From the human T2T-CHM13v2.0 reference genome, Homo sapiens, in the NCBI GenBank assembly GCA_009914755.4, contig CP068257.2:30912001-30976000 (forward strand): 64,000 nucleotides of DNA, in the 5' to 3' direction. A program made the position numbers and the translations under genes. Position 1 is the first letter of the stretch, and each line of letters opens with the position of its first letter. Under the pieces are notes generated by a model, which was not told the origin of the DNA, did no database searches, and saw only the letters and a program-made list of their open reading frames with translations. Positions 41,166 to 55,863 of this stretch are shown here, one piece after another.

Positions 41166-42042
41166 CAGGCTTTGCAGCTCCCCTCCTGAGCCTCAGCCGG
41201 GCGGCTCCCAGGGCAGGGTCCCCCCATCCCTGTCTCTGCTGCGGCTCTCTGTGTGTTGCTCTTCCCGGCCTGGCCAGGACATTTTCTTCATTGAGTCTTC
41301 CCCAGATTCTCACCCTGCAGCAACCACGTGCGGCAGCAGGTCAGGGCGGAGGCTCCTGGGCGTTTGGACTGTGGGGCCCTTCTCTTCTCTCTGATAAGGC
41401 CCCGGTTTTCTGTTCAGCCTCGCGGTGCCTTAGCCGCATTTCAGGCATGGTCTTCCAGGGCCCTCTGGTCTGAACATTCTGTAGAGGAAACCACGGCACA
41501 CCTTTCACTCATCTTTTAAAATCAGAAGCCAGTTCCTGAGCTGGCTGCTTGGAGTAGCAGCAGATACACTTTTTAAAGTAGCTTATGTGTTTAAATTTCT
41601 GGTTCAAAGGACTACTTCTATAGTGGTACAGACCCTGACAAAAGAAATCACCTTTTCTAAATATCATCACTGCAAATGGGCAATATGACCTGGGAACTGG
41701 TGAGATGCCATTGAGATTGGAGCCCACCCCACCAGAGCTGAGTGAATTCTTGGATGACTAAATGTCGGAATAAGTTAGGGAGGGGTGCATGTCATCCAAA
41801 GAATGACATGAGCTCACTCTGTGCCTCAAGTGACACAGATCATAGTAGATTCCAGCGAAATACTTGCAGCTGTGTTGAGTTCCTCAAACTACCACAAAAT
41901 TCTTATGGCAAAACTTGTGAGAGGTGAAGATAAGAGAGTGTGAGCCCTGTGATCGAATCCAAATATGAATTGTAAAATATGCCTTAATACTATTACCAGT
42001 AGCTGTAGTGTACAATGATAGAACCAAAAGATAAAGATTTTC

Positions 42043-42369
<327 letters not shown>

Positions 42370-42467
42370 CTAGTTGTCCCGTCAGTGGTGCATTTCAGCA
42401 CACTCAAAACTCCATGTTTCTTTTGGATTTTATGAGCTGAGTCTGAATGTTATAAGTGACACACTCC

Positions 42468-42748
42468 TTTTTTTTTTTTTCTTCTTCTTGTGAGACAAGG
42501 TTTTGCTCTGTTGCCTAGGCTGGAGTGCAGTGGCACCATCTCGGTTCACTGCAACCTTGACCTCTTAGGCTCAAGCAATCCTCCCACCTCAGCCTCCCTA
42601 GTAGCTAGAACTACAGGTTCACACCACCACACCCAGCTAATTTTTGAATTTTTGGTAGAGACAGGTCTCGCTATATTGCACTGGCTGGTCTCGAACTTCT
42701 GGACTCAAGTGATCCACCTGTCTCAACCTCTTAAAGTGCTGGGATTAC
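42468..42748 (-). mobile_element. Older Alu (J-like) on the minus strand.
   Basis: A T14 run followed by cttcttcttgtgagacaaggttttgctctgttgcctaggctggagtgcagtggcaccatctcggttcactgcaaccttgacctcttaggctcaagcaatcctcc...aaagtgctgggattaca. Confidence 0.85.
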
Positions 42749-44114
42749 ACACTCTTTAAAAATGTTCTCTGTACAATATTTCGTAAAGGTTGAGAATAAG
42801 GAAAGACATTGCCCCTTTAAGCAAAGTGGTAAGGCAACATATAAAAACGACTCAATCCACAATAGTGAGAATTTCCGTTAATTACATTCTAAAGTTTTTT
42901 TGTTTAAAATGAATTGAGGGAGTACAGTATGCTCTTCAAGATAATGAACAGAGAAAAATGCCCAATGACTGCTAGCCATCCCAATAATGTATTTACTCTA
43001 CGTTGTGTTATTTTGTTTCTGCAGTAGGACCCAACTGATTAGAAAGGAAATTACATAGTCAGTGACCAGCTGAGACTGAGTACGGACAGAGGAAGAAGCT
43101 AACTTACATCTAAAGAGACCTGAAGTCAGGAGACATTTCTAGATAAACCCCTCAGCCAGATAACATCAACCCATGACTTCCAATACCATTGCTGAAGAGG
43201 TCACAGAGGAGAGAGAATCCTGAGAAGATTTTTAAAATCTGAAAGTTCTTGTATTAAAAGAAGTGGGAAGTTTCTTGGTATGTGTATGAAGCCTAAGATT
43301 GAGATAGTGGTACTGAGGGTGGCATGATACCCCATTGAGGCTGGGAGTTTTATTTCTTTTAAGTCTTTCTGTAGGTATACCTCTGTGGGTTCCTGCCACT
43401 TCTAAACCATAGTTATAAGGCCAATAAATACATAAAACAATCTTCCTACTGCTCGCAGGCACCATGCTCTTCCTAATAGCTCTATAAGAACCCTTTATTG
43501 CTCGTGACCCTGTGTCCACATTATGCTATCTGATTATTCATAATTTTTCTCGGATCTGCTTGATATGAAACATGGATACAGCCATATTTGAAGGAACATG
43601 TTACAGGAAAAGAAACCCCGACCTCGGAATCTGAGGATTTGTATAATTTGGACTTTACACAAAATAATTATGTAATTTTGGGCAAGTCCCTTAATACAGT
43701 ATTTGAACTCAATTTTATTGCCCCTTTTAGGTCTAAACTCTCAGCTGTGAGTACTAATTTGTGGCGTGATGGTGAGGTGAAATGGCAGAGGCCCATGGCA
43801 CATCATTGCAGAATATGCGTTAGACTTTCACAAGTCATCAGTCATGAATTTCAGGATCTGGCTGCTTGTCTTCATGGGAGACGTCAGGTACAGCTTGCAA
43901 TTAGCTAAGGGGTTCATCTTACAATACCTCTAATTACTGCTTTAGCTAAAAGCCCCCATGAAAGACACAAGTTTACCACATCATATGAACCCATGGTAAA
44001 TATTTTGTGACCTGATACTTATCCAGTCAGTGCTCTGTTAGCCAGAACTAAATAGTTGCCAGAAAAATGAAAACTAATATTCATAATACTGGTCTTGAAA
44101 TACTACAAAATCAT

Positions 44115-44235
44115 GGGACAAAATCAGCTAGTCGGGAGACTGGAGTGGGAGGATCACTTGAGCCCAGGAGGCAGAGGCCGCAGTGAGCTGAGATTGTGGC
44201 ACTGGACTCCAGCCTGGGTGAGTGAGTGAGACAAT
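44115..44235 (+). mobile_element. Alu right-arm 3' fragment on the plus strand, with its tail expanded into a purine microsatellite.
   Basis: gctagtcgggagactggagtgggaggatcacttgagcccaggaggcagaggccgcagtgagctgagattgtggcactggactccagcctgggtgagtgagtgagac. Confidence 0.8.
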
Positions 44236-44240
44236 GTCTG

Positions 44241-44432
44241 AAAAAGAAGGAAAAAGAAATAAAGAAAGAAAGAAAGAGAAAGAAGAAAGAAAGAAAGAAA
44301 GAGAGAGGTAGGGAGGGAGAGAGGGAGGAAGGAAGGAGAAAGAGAAAGAAAAAGAAAGAAAGAGGAAAGAAAGAGAGAGAGAGAAAGAAGGAAAGAAGGA
44401 AGGAAAGAAGGGAGGGAGGGAGGGAGGGGAGA
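44241..44432. repeat. (GAAA)n/(GGAA)n/(GA)n compound purine microsatellite expanded from the A-tail of the partial Alu at 44115-44235.
   Basis: About 190 bp of pure purine GAAA/GGAA units run directly 3' of an Alu right-arm fragment (...cactggactccagcctgggtgagtgagtgagacaatgtctg). ORF-track entries 44111..44554(-) and 44226..44612(+) are artefacts of this tract. Confidence 0.85.
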
Positions 44433-44579
44433 GGTTTGAAGAGGCTCACTCTGCCTGAAGACAGGAAGGGACCAGGAGCCGAGGCGCTCTCAGCCCCAGA
44501 AAGGGCAAGGAAGCAGAGCCCACCTCCAGCCTCCAGAACGAATGAGCCTGCCAAGGCCTGGGCTGTAGCTCCACGAGAC

Positions 44580-44800
44580 TCAGCCAGGATTCTGACATAC
44601 AGAACTGTATGAGAACACGATTGTTGTTTTAAACCACTACGTGTCGGTAATTTGTTACGGCAGAAACTCTTCTTAAATGTGCATTTCTAGGCCTCACCCG
44701 TATAAATTCGGATTCAATAGTCCCGGGCTGAGAATGTGAATTTTTAACAAGCGCCCCAAGTTACTCTGATGAGGTGCCGAGAATAACACTTTAAGAAAAC
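44580..44800 (+). repeat. Fragment of an old interspersed repeat, family not assigned. It includes the common ...gcatttctaggcctcaccc...gaatttttaacaag..ccccaagt.actctgatg...cactttaagaa module.
   Basis: The sequence resembles the widespread gattcagtaggtctggggtggggcc.gagaatttgcatttctaacaagttcccaggtgatgctgatgctgctggtccg.gaccacactttgagaac module. Many CpGs are unusually retained. Confidence 0.3.
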
Positions 44801-46635
44801 ATGGCTGACAGTAAGCAGCAGAAATATGAAGAAATAACCAGCACTACTAACTCTGCACAGACAGAAATGCAGGTTCCAGAGATTGATGAGGCTCTGATGA
44901 TGAAGGGGCATCTGAGCCAGGATGGGTCTCACATTTCCAGCCAGAGAGGAAGGAGGAGGCTGAGTGGCTGCACAGTGGGGAAGCCCGCAGAGGGGAGAGT
45001 CTCCTCTCGGATGCACTGGGTCTATGGCATGGCTGACCAGGTGCCCTAATGCAGGAGGCATCGGAAACTGTGGGCTCGAAGCCAAGCTATAAGCGGCGCA
45101 CTGAAGATACAGAGGAAGAGTTCGCTGCACAAGGTTGATAGTCAAGGGGGAAAAGTTAGATCGGGTAATTGGAGTTATGAGGAGAGCGGAACGGGGCAAG
45201 GATTCCAGTACTGGAGAATGTCTGGTTTACTGTAGCCAAGATATTTTAGTTTAGGGCATAATTTAAAATGCTCCCTTGACTCCTCCACCCCATGGAAGGT
45301 CTCAGGTTGAGGGGCCCAGCTAGTCCTGAATGAGGTCCTCTGTGACCACCAGCTCCTCTTCTCTCCTTCCCTCTGCCATAGTGAAGCTCTCTATTGTGGG
45401 ATTTGGGCATATGAGGGGCAGGCCCACCTCCCCTAGATGTCACCTCTCTGCCTTCTGAGTATCAAGTCAGTCTCTTTCTCCCTAAGCCTCCCAAACTGTG
45501 GGGACTTACGTGTCAGTGTCATTTCAGTTGTTGTATGATTATAGATACATGAAAAAGGAATATTTAAAAATTGTCCTGACCTCCCTCCTCCCGACCCCTG
45601 TAGGAACCCACCACTTAACCACACAAGGGCCCAACTCATCGAGCATTACAGCTTGGGGAAGAAACGCCAGCCGCGAGCCAGAGAAACAAAAACGAGGGGC
45701 TGTCCCTAAAATGCAGGATCCAAGGGCCTGGAGCTGGAGAGAAATCAGGCAGCACCTCACAGAATCCAGGCTCACAGAAAGTCTGTTTCGATCAGAATTT
45801 AAAACAACCCTCTTCCTGCTGCAACTCTTCAGGCCACTGACAAGGTGACAGGATCACATTTTGTACAGGATACAAACATATTCCCTATGGGTGGACAAAA
45901 CGACCCCGTAGCCCATCTACACCAAGGAGCTGCACCTGTGCCCTGTGTAGCCAGATGCAATTTTCTATTATTGGAAAATCCACTTTAAGTTGTTCCTTAG
46001 CAAATTCTTCCCAAGTACTGTTTCCTTTCCTCAATTCCTGGCCTAGCAAGTCTAGAAAGAAAACAAAAAGAATGTAAAATGTTCTTGGTTGACTTTACTC
46101 TTAATTACTAAAAAGCAAACAGAGAAAATTAAAATCAAACACATGCAAAAAATTCTTCTAGAGCCTTGCACACAATGCCAGTTCTTGAAATATTTCATAA
46201 AGCAAAGCTAATGAAATAAACAAAGACGTGGCTGAAAGGATATGCATTGTACTGTGCTTATGGAGCCACATTGCTCACTGCATCTCTCGCTCCACTGCCG
46301 CCGGGCTCATCTGCCAGAAGCCTGTTCCTGAGCTGATTGGGGTTCTGGTCCAGGGGTCCCAAGGAGCGAGGCCCAAGCTCAGGAGGACAAAGAACGACCA
46401 CCTGGAAAGTGGCAAAAATCTGTAAAAAAATAAAATCTGAGTGGGCCCAAGGGGCACCTGGTCTCAAGAGCAAACGCTGTGTCCAGAGCCTCATGTCCGG
46501 AGGCCCAGCCCGACTCCCTGGCTCTTACAGCCCCGAAGCCCAGAGACCACCCCAGCCCGACTCCCTGGCTGAGACTTCCCGCCCGGATGCCGTGAGATCG
46601 TCCCAGCCCATGCTGAGGTCAGTTTGTGCTGTTAT

Positions 46636-46639
<4 letters not shown>

Positions 46640-46666
<27 letters not shown>

Positions 46667-46947
46667 GAGGAGTCTCACTCTATTGCCCAGGCTGGAGTAC
46701 AGCGGCGCTATCTTGGCTCACTGCAAGCTCTGCCTCCCAGGTTAAAGCAATTCTCCTGCCTCAGACTCCTGAGTAGCTGGGACTGACTACAGGCGCCCGC
46801 CACTACGCCCGGCTAATTTTTTGTATTTTTAGTAGAGACGAGGTTTCACCATGTTAAGCAGGATGGTCTCGATCTCCTGACCTCGTGATCTGCCTGCCTC
46901 GGCCTCCCAAAGTGCTGGGATTACAGGCGTGAGCCATTGCGCCCAGC
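46640..46947 (-). mobile_element. Alu on the minus strand (Y/S-like).
   Basis: A T27 run is followed by gaggagtctcactctattgcccaggctggagtacagcggcgctatcttggctcactgcaagctctgcctccc...ggcgtgagccattgcgcccagcc. Confidence 0.9.
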
Positions 46948-46949
46948 CT

Positions 46950-47580
46950 CGGGCAAGCCTATTAAAAACTTCCTAGTGTGCCTCCTCATTTGCACAAGGA
47001 TGTGTGGTAAAGGGTTAACTCAGCAGGCTTGGGGTGTCCAAACCCTGCACATTCAGAGAAAGGTCTGGCCCTGTCCTTCTTCCCAGAGGATACCCTTTGA
47101 GCCCTTGGATTATCTTGCTTGATAAGAGTGTTTACGTTTACCTGCGGCCTCCAGCCATGGCCAAGAGTTCATGGAGTTCATGTTAACAGTGATTTATGTG
47201 GACCCTAGAGCCACACTACATCAATTTGACCTCTGGGATAGCTGGACTGGGTGACTAGGATTAGCCAGCGGAATGATTCAGGCCTATGTGACCGGCTCCC
47301 AGGAGAAGCCCTGGACCCTAAGGCTCGGGGGCTTCCCTGGCAGGTGGTGTTATGTGCACACTGGCACAGTTGTTGCCGACAGAATTAAGTGCACTGGTGT
47401 CTCCTTCAGGTCAGGACGGCGGGCAGCTCACAGCTGGCCTCTCCTGGACTGTGTCCCAAGCACCTTTTTCCTTTGCTTATTTTAATCTGTGTCCTTTTGC
47501 TATAATAAACAGTAACGTTCTGTGAATCCTTCTAGTGAATCATTGACCCTGAGGGTTGTTGGGGGCGTCAGACACAAAGG
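46950..47580 (+). mobile_element. Probable ERV long terminal repeat, class not assigned. It ends with gctataataaacagtaacgttctgtgaatcc, which carries an AATAAA and looks like R/U5.
   Basis: The LTR-like layout runs from a GC-rich U3 to TATAA/AATAAA and a TG-rich end. It is bounded upstream by the Alu at 46640-46947. There is no coding capacity. Confidence 0.35.
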
Positions 47581-49782
47581 GGATAAGGACACCTGCCTTG
47601 ACTGCCTCAGAGGGGTCACAGGGAGCTGAGATCCAGCTGTCACAGTGAGGCCATGCAAGTCTGGGGGTTCTTATGACACAGAATTCTAGTGAGGCAAACA
47701 GTACTTTCAGACTGAATAAAGGAGGGGTGTTATTCACTTCCAGCGTCTGTCATCTGCCGAAAGCTACGTGCCCTCTCCACGGAAGATACAGGGGCAGGAT
47801 CTCCCATCCACAGCAGGCACACAGACTCCCAAAGGCCCTGTGCACAGAGCTCTGGATTAGGAACAGATTCCCCCCCCACCGCCCCCCGCCGCCGGGGAGA
47901 GCCCCACACTGCCTTTTCCTCTCAGGATGCCTGACACCATTTAGGGTGGGATGTGGGAAGCTGGCTTCAGGATCAGACCTGAAGACAAGTAGCTGACCTG
48001 GGGGTTGAGCCAGGGCTCACACCTAGGCCCTTCTCCAGGGGGGTTTACCAAAACCAGCCCCATGTCCTGTAGACCTGACTTTTGTCAACACACACATATA
48101 TCCTCCCCTTATGCACAGGTGTTTATGTAAAAGCAATGTATGTTTATATGCCAAGGTGACTTAAAAATTACAAAGTGCGGTACAAACATGTTATTTACGT
48201 TGTGATGAGGATGACAAGGTTTGGATTTCATGCTGTGTGTAATGATGTCAGTTGGAGTTCTTCTTGGGATAAAGGAGGGCAGGCGGTCAGCACAGTTCCT
48301 GTTCTGTGAATCAAGGACCTTCGTTCAAGCAGTCCTTACTGGACACCTGTGTCCTCATCCTTGCTAATACGCCAACCAGCCACACACACTGCACCACAGA
48401 GTCCCTATGTCATACCAGCCCTGCAGGCACCTGTTTCTTGGCACCAAGTGTCTTTCATGAGTGTGAACCCATCTGATGTTAGTGGCCAGTGGGGAAAATG
48501 CCCATGGGAAGTGGAGTGTCGGGGGAGCCCGAGCCTGTGGCCTGGCCATTCTGCACAGTGAGTTGCGGCCAGTACGTTATGTGCTGATGCAATTCATAGC
48601 TGCTCAGCACGACTCTGCCCAGATTCCGTTTATTATCCTACTAAATAATTATTTTCATTGTCTTCATCTTTTTAATTGCACTACTGATGTCTTTATCTTA
48701 AAATCTGAAGAAGGCTCTCTCCATGGGGCAGACTTTGTCATTTACAAGCTAACTGGTGAGAAATTGAAGGGGAAAGTGCGATCACGTTAAGTGCCTTTGG
48801 AAGACCACAATCGGGATGCACAATCACTCAATTATAACTTGGTGGGAAGGGAAGCAGGGAGGTTTGAGGAGGTGAGAGGCGAGACTCTGGTTCAGAAACC
48901 TGTGCTCAGGCCTGAGTCCCTCTCATTGGCCGGGGGTCTTGCAGAAGACACGGCCTCTCTCTGAGCTCAGTTCCTGTATCTGCAGGGACCATGACCCATC
49001 AGCCAGTTGGTATGAAGAGTAAATGGGGGAACCCATGGGACAGCGTGCAGGAAACTCCAGAACGCTGCATATTTCTCTGCATTTTGTGTGTATGACAAGC
49101 CATGTGGGGGTTGTTATTTCCATCAAGCACTAGATGAAATCCATTCTGCTCGATTCTATCTAGTTGTTGCCTTCCTAGAAACACAGGAATAACCTGCAGC
49201 ACCACCCCCTTCTGTTCTGTGGCATTGGCACAATCAAGGAATCTACTTTTGTGCTTTTACACATTGAACTGACAGGTAAGGTCAGGCATCGACTGTCACA
49301 GGGGCCAGTGGAGAGGTAGGAGGGACGCCCACATTCGATGAATCCTGCATCACGGTGTTGGACTTCTTGTTCCACGGTGTTGGACACTAAACTTGTTCAC
49401 ATTCAATAACTTGAGCACGAATAAAGGCAGCTCATAGTAATAACACCTGATGGGTACAGGCCCTGTGCTCTGCTCTAAACACTGCTCCTGTTACCCCTAC
49501 AAGACATGGGCCCTGCATTTCACAAACATGAATTCTGAAGACCATGAATAACTGTTCTGGCCCAGCTCTATTGGGCCCTAACTCTGTGCCCGGGGTCGGG
49601 ATGCGGGTTGTATTTGGAGCCCGTTGCAGATGCGGATTCGTCTGCTCCACGCAGGGTGCTCTGACGTACTCTGTGTGGCCTGGAGCTCAGAAACCTGTGC
49701 TGGACTCAGTGCCTGCAGACGCTGCCCCTGGGTAGCTGTTTTCCAGGCGTCAGGAGACATGCTCCAGAGGCTCCAGAAGCAC

Positions 49783-50143
<361 letters not shown>

Positions 50144-50437
50144 TTACATCACAAATCAGATTAAGGAAAATAAATGTATAGGGAAAAGAGTTAGCAGGTT
50201 GCTATATAATTAGATTAGTCAAATCGTGTTTCAACAAAAATCAGCAAAAACATTCTGTGAGCATCAATTGGTTATGTGGAGTTCATGATAGAGAGTGCAG
50301 CATATCTTATTACTTGTAAGCTGTATGCTACATATCCTTGATATCAGCAAAATTTATAACAAACTTACATCTGTATTTATATGCACATGTATTTTGGGAA
50401 AGCTATTGTTAAACATTTAAGAGTGTACCACTATCAT

Positions 50438-50763
<326 letters not shown>

Positions 50764-51029
50764 CTACATAAATACATACACTGAAAATGCATAATAACTT
50801 CAGCTGCTCTGATACCAAATGCCAACATCCATGAAAATGTCCTACAAGAGAGGGAGGGAGCTGCATCAATTGCGCTGATGACCCTGGGCCAATTGTCCTA
50901 AGATCTGTTAGGTCTGTGATCTGGGAGGGCCCTGGAGATCCTGAGGCAGCAGGTGAGGCCTGAGGCCTGGGACCCCAAACCCAGCTAAAACTAAAAACTA
51001 AAAACTCTTAAGTGTAGAGTTCAGTGATA

Positions 51030-51530
51030 CTCACATTCTTGTGCAACCATCAGCACCATCCATCTCCAGAATGTTTTTATCTTCTCAAACTTAAACTCTA
51101 TACCCATTAAACAGTAACTCTCCATCCTTCCCTGCTGTCCCCAGCCCCTAACAACCATCATTCTGCTTTGTCTCTGGATCTGACTACTCTAGGAACCTCG
51201 TATAAGTGGAATCTTACAGTATTTGTCATTTGGTATCTGGCTTATTTCACTCAGTGTAATGTCATCAAGGTTCATCCCTGTTGGAGCATGTGTCAGGATT
51301 CCCTTCCGTTGTAAGGCTGAATAATATTCCATTGTACGGATACACCACCTCTTGTTGACTCATTCATCCTCTTGTTGACTCATTCATCTGTGGATGGGCA
51401 CTTGGGTTGCCTCCACGTTTGAGTTATTGTGAATCATGCTGCCGTGGACGTGGCTGTACTGCAACTGGTTTTGCATTTATTTGAATAGGTGGATTTCAAA
51501 GGTACAAAAGACCATCCTGTGAACCGTGAC
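51030..51530 (-). mobile_element. Ancient L1 (L1M-type) fragment in antisense.
   Basis: The sequence ggaatcttacagtatttgtcatttggtatctggcttatttcactcagtgtaatgtcatcaaggttcatccctgttggagcatgtgtcaggattcccttccgttgtaaggctgaataatattccattgtacggatacaccac is the hallmark old-L1 ORF2 antisense string. It contains a 20-bp tandem duplication ctcttgttgactcattcatc x2 at 51349-51390. Confidence 0.7.
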
Positions 51531-51646
51531 TCCCTCCCAGCCCATCCTCCAGGCCCCCTAGAGTTTTAACCACAAGCAGCCATGGTCACCAGTTTCTTGT
51601 GATCTTTCTAAGAGTATGTGAGCATATGTGCTATGCCATGGTAGAG

Positions 51647-51963
<317 letters not shown>

Positions 51964-52309
51964 CTAACAACAGTGCCCTCGTTCCCATGATCTCACAGTC
52001 CATCCAGGGAGACAGACTTGTAACCGAATGCCATGATTACAACCAGCTCAATGGGAGATGAAGAAGGAGGTGTGTTCGGAAACCTGGGAACTGAGGAGGG
52101 AGTGGGCTCTCAACCTTAACATGGGCTGCGGGAGTTGGGCAAGAATCAGAAACAGATTATGTAGATGATACTGGAACTGTGTGGTTTCCCATTTGCAAAA
52201 AAAAATTAAAATTATATTTTACAATGTTAGTATATTCTGAGCATTTTAAGAAGTAAAGTCCACTTTGATAAAAGGAAGAATGTCTATCTTCCTTGTATAT
52301 ATATCTATT

Positions 52310-52540
52310 CCTATAGAATACCCATTTGTGTCTTAGTTTGTAAGAGCTGCCATAACGAAATACCATGGACTGGGTGGCTTAAACAACAGACATTGATTTT
52401 CTTACAGTTCTGGAGGCCGGAGGTCCAATATCACAGCATTGGCAGGGCTGGTTCTTCCCAAGGCCCCACTACTTGTGTTGCAGATGGCGGCCTTCTCCCT
52501 GTCCCTTTCCTCTGTGTACATAGATCCCTGGTGTCTCTTC
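52310..52540 (+). repeat. Old interspersed repeat of the ...ctgccataacaaaataccacagactgggtggcttaaacaacagaaatttattt.tcacagttctggaggc.gga.gtccaa... family. The name is not assigned.
   Basis: The window has agctgccataacgaaataccatggactgggtggcttaaacaacagacattgattttcttacagttctggaggccggaggtccaatatcacagcattggcagggctggttcttc...gcagatggcggccttctccctgtcc. Confidence 0.4.
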
Positions 52541-52542
52541 TT

Positions 52543-52827
52543 CTTCTTTTTTTTTTCTTTTTTTTTTTTTTGTTGAGATGGAGTCTCGCTGTGTCACCCA
52601 GGAGAGCAATGGCATGATCTCGGCTTACCACAACCTCTGCTTCCTGGGTTCAAGCAATTCTCCTGCCTCAGCCTCCCGAGTAGCTGAGATTACAGGCACA
52701 CACCACCATGCACAGCTAACTTTTATATTTTCAGTAGAGACCATGCACCATGTTGGCCAGGCTGGTCTCGAACTCCTGGCCTCAGGTGATCCACTCGCCT
52801 TGGCCTCCCAAAGTGCTGGGATTACAG
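52543..52827 (-). mobile_element. Alu on the minus strand.
   Basis: ttcttttttttttcttttttttttttgttgagatggagtctcgctgtgtcacccaggagagcaatggcatgatctcggcttaccacaacctctgcttcc...ccaaagtgctgggattacag. Confidence 0.85.
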
Positions 52828-55009
52828 TCTCCTCACCTTGGGCAATTTAATCCCTCTGGACTTTGGTTTCCTAACTCGTGAGATGACAATAGTAGTTTCT
52901 TTCTAATTTGGCTGTTTTTAGGTATAAACGAAAAGAATATATAGGTAAAGTGCTTAGTACAACCGTCTGGGAAATAGCAAAGTCCCCATAATGCCAGCTG
53001 CCGTTACTGTTATGTCTAGTATCGAACTTCTCCTGGAAATCAGCCACCTCTCTCCTTGAGCCCTGTCCAGGGCCAGTGGGTTTTTGGTAGTGTAGAGGGG
53101 CAACTCCTATCTTGCAAGGAACGGCAAGAGGTCGGGGCAAGCAGCTCTCTCTGGTCACTTCTTCAAGGGGGTGGTTGCTGAGGCTTTGGAAGGGAATTTA
53201 GTGAGCTCAGACCCTCTCAAGGCTACTGTGCTCCAAGTATGTGGCAGTTCATTTCAAGCTTGATGGCACACTCTTTGCAGAGCAGTTGCCAAGGAACGAG
53301 GTAATCTTGTGACAGAAATACTGCCTGATGCTGTCAGTTTGATGGTCGAAAAGGTTTTAGGTGGTATCAAATTTTATTACTAGCATTCCTGGTCTCCATG
53401 AAAGAACCACATAAGAAGACAAGTTATGTCAAAGGACAAAACCACAGACCTAGATGGGCACCGTGCATACAGCAGACACTTGGTTTCCTTTTGATATTGA
53501 CTCAAACAGGGACTGGATTAAAAAAAGAAGAAAATAACAACAAGACCACAGACTTAAGCTGATCAGTGGTCTAACACTGGCAAGATTACTTTTGTTGATA
53601 AATTGATTTCTTGGGAAATCCTGGGAAAGTTCCTGGACGTGACCCTGTGGTCCTACCACCACTAGCTACCTGTGACCTTGGGTGAGTCAGCAAGTGGATG
53701 CAAAGGGAACACACACAGCACGGTGCCACAGCGGGCACCACCTGCCCCCCGCCGTCACAGATGGCTTGCAAATAAGCTACTCACGTACTTCCTGAGATCT
53801 GCTGCACCCAAACACACCAAGCTCAGAGAGGCTTTTGAGGCAGACAAGGGCAGGGAGAGAGGATGGTTCTTCTCGCATGGGTATTTAAGGAGTGTAGTGT
53901 CATGCGTGAGTGACTTTTTGGTTAGTAAGTTCTGCTGATTACATGAAGCAATGGGATAACTATCACGGCCAAAAGAGTATTCCTACTGCAGGCTCAGTAA
54001 GACTTTCTAATGATATTGAAGTAGTAGTTCCCTGAAAAGAGCTACTATGATCACATGGCTTGGTTAACTGTTTCTTACAAGTCTGAGCATGAATTTAACA
54101 CACACGAACTATACACTGACAAAGACAGGATGCTCCTGAAATAAAATCACAGCATCTTATTGCATATACTACATCATCCAAGGTCAAAACCCTTTCATAG
54201 AGACATTTAAAACTATAACCAAGTAAAAGAGAAAATAGATGCAAATTTGCTTTTACAAAATTTGAAAATCAACCAAAAGAGTAAGGCACAAGATGCAGTC
54301 AGCTACAAAGCACTTCAGAGAACAGCGCTTTGCTCTCAGGTCTGGGACCCACCCCCTGGGCAAGGCCGCCTGGCAGCAGGCAGGAACCAAACCCCTGCCA
54401 CCTCCACTCACTCCCAGGGTTCCTCTTTGCAGGATGGTGGGGAGCGCAGGCACCAAGGCAGGAAGGCCAGGGCAGGAAGATGCCCCGCGTCCTTCACTTT
54501 CCCTCAGTGTGAGCACACCAAGTTCCCTCTAACCAGGAGAACAGGACCCTAGGCACCAAAAGTCAAGCATGAGGGACTGCCACAGGCAGTCTGGCAGGTG
54601 TCTTTCAGATGCTAAAGTGCCAGGGTTTGCAGGATACTTGGATGGTTTACAGTGATGATGAGTTGGAGTCTTTAAACTCAATGGTGTCCTAGATACTCAG
54701 TTAGGATGATAGTGATCCCATCCATCCCGTGGTTGGTCACTGAGCTGCGTACGAAGCTGGCCTAGAATCAGACCCCGCATCCATAGGGAGAAATCATCAC
54801 CCTCTACCGGGATCTGGATTTGTTTTCAGGATCTATTCTCATGAAGGAGACTTGAGAAGCTGAGAAACTCCAGAAGAATTTAAGTTTCAAAGTCAGATGA
54901 GTTTGCTACTCAACCTTCATCATGGTTGTAGCTTTCGCTCCCAGAATACAAGGCCAGAGAGGCACCAACCAGGAGGCAAACTTCACCTTCAAGGCCAGGC
55001 AACGCCTGG

Positions 55010-55110
55010 CTACAGTTAGACCCCGCAGCAGGGTTAAAGAAGGCTACAGTTAGACCCCGCAGCAGGGTTAAAGAAGGCTACAGTTAGACCCCGCAGCAAG
55101 GTTAGAGAAG
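55010..55110. repeat. Tandem triplication of a 33-bp unit, ctacagttagaccccgcagcagggttaaagaagg.
   Basis: Copies 1 and 2 are identical (55010-55042 and 55043-55075). Copy 3 is a variant (gcaaggttagagaag). Confidence 0.85.
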
Positions 55111-55291
55111 TCTCTCCAGCAAGGCTGGGAGTTCAGCTTCCAATAGATCTAGAGGGCCAGGAGAAAAAGCATGCTGAGTGCCTGGCGGCATCTAGTGGTC
55201 ACTAGTGGTCACTGCCAGTCATCAGCTTTCCTCCAATAAACCAGTTATCATGAGAATATAAAACAATCAGGAAGAAAAAAAAGTGTAGCTT

Positions 55292-55597
<306 letters not shown>

Positions 55598-55685
55598 AAA
55601 AGTTTAGTATTTTATCAAAGAAAACCATGACATACTAAATAGTCCTGAAACAAAAACGATTTACACATTTTCTTCTGACTAGGTA

Positions 55686-55691
55686 TTTATT
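55686..55691 (-). terminator. CFAP298: AATAAA polyadenylation signal for CFAP298.
   Basis: The forward-strand TTTATT at 55686-55691 reads AATAAA on the minus strand, about 175 nt past the stop codon. An AluY (55292-55597) lies just beyond the predicted cleavage site. Confidence 0.5.
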
Positions 55692-55863
55692 AAGTTCTAA
55701 AACCTTGAATAACTGCTATTTTAAAAATTCACACTAAAAGAAAACTAGAAATGTTAACATCTTTTACAGAGGGCAGTAAGTGGCCTTTTTTTTTTTTTTA
55801 AATTATAATTGCCTAGGAGAAAGGTGAGCTAATCTCTTTGGAAGTGTCATCAGCTGGTGAACT

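Noticed and set aside
40708-41313. ORF of 201 aa on the minus strand with a periodic 'HTTSHTPQDTHNPSHTSG' sequence. The ORFs at 40329..40550 and 40381..40581 on the plus strand are similar.
   Set aside because: These are translations of the ~31-bp GT-rich minisatellite. The periodicity in the peptide comes from the DNA repeat. There is no start context or splice structure.
44111-44612. ORFs of 147 aa on the minus strand and 128 aa on the plus strand, rich in K/E/R or S/F/L.
   Set aside because: They are read through the (GAAA)n/(GGAA)n purine microsatellite and are low-complexity artefacts.
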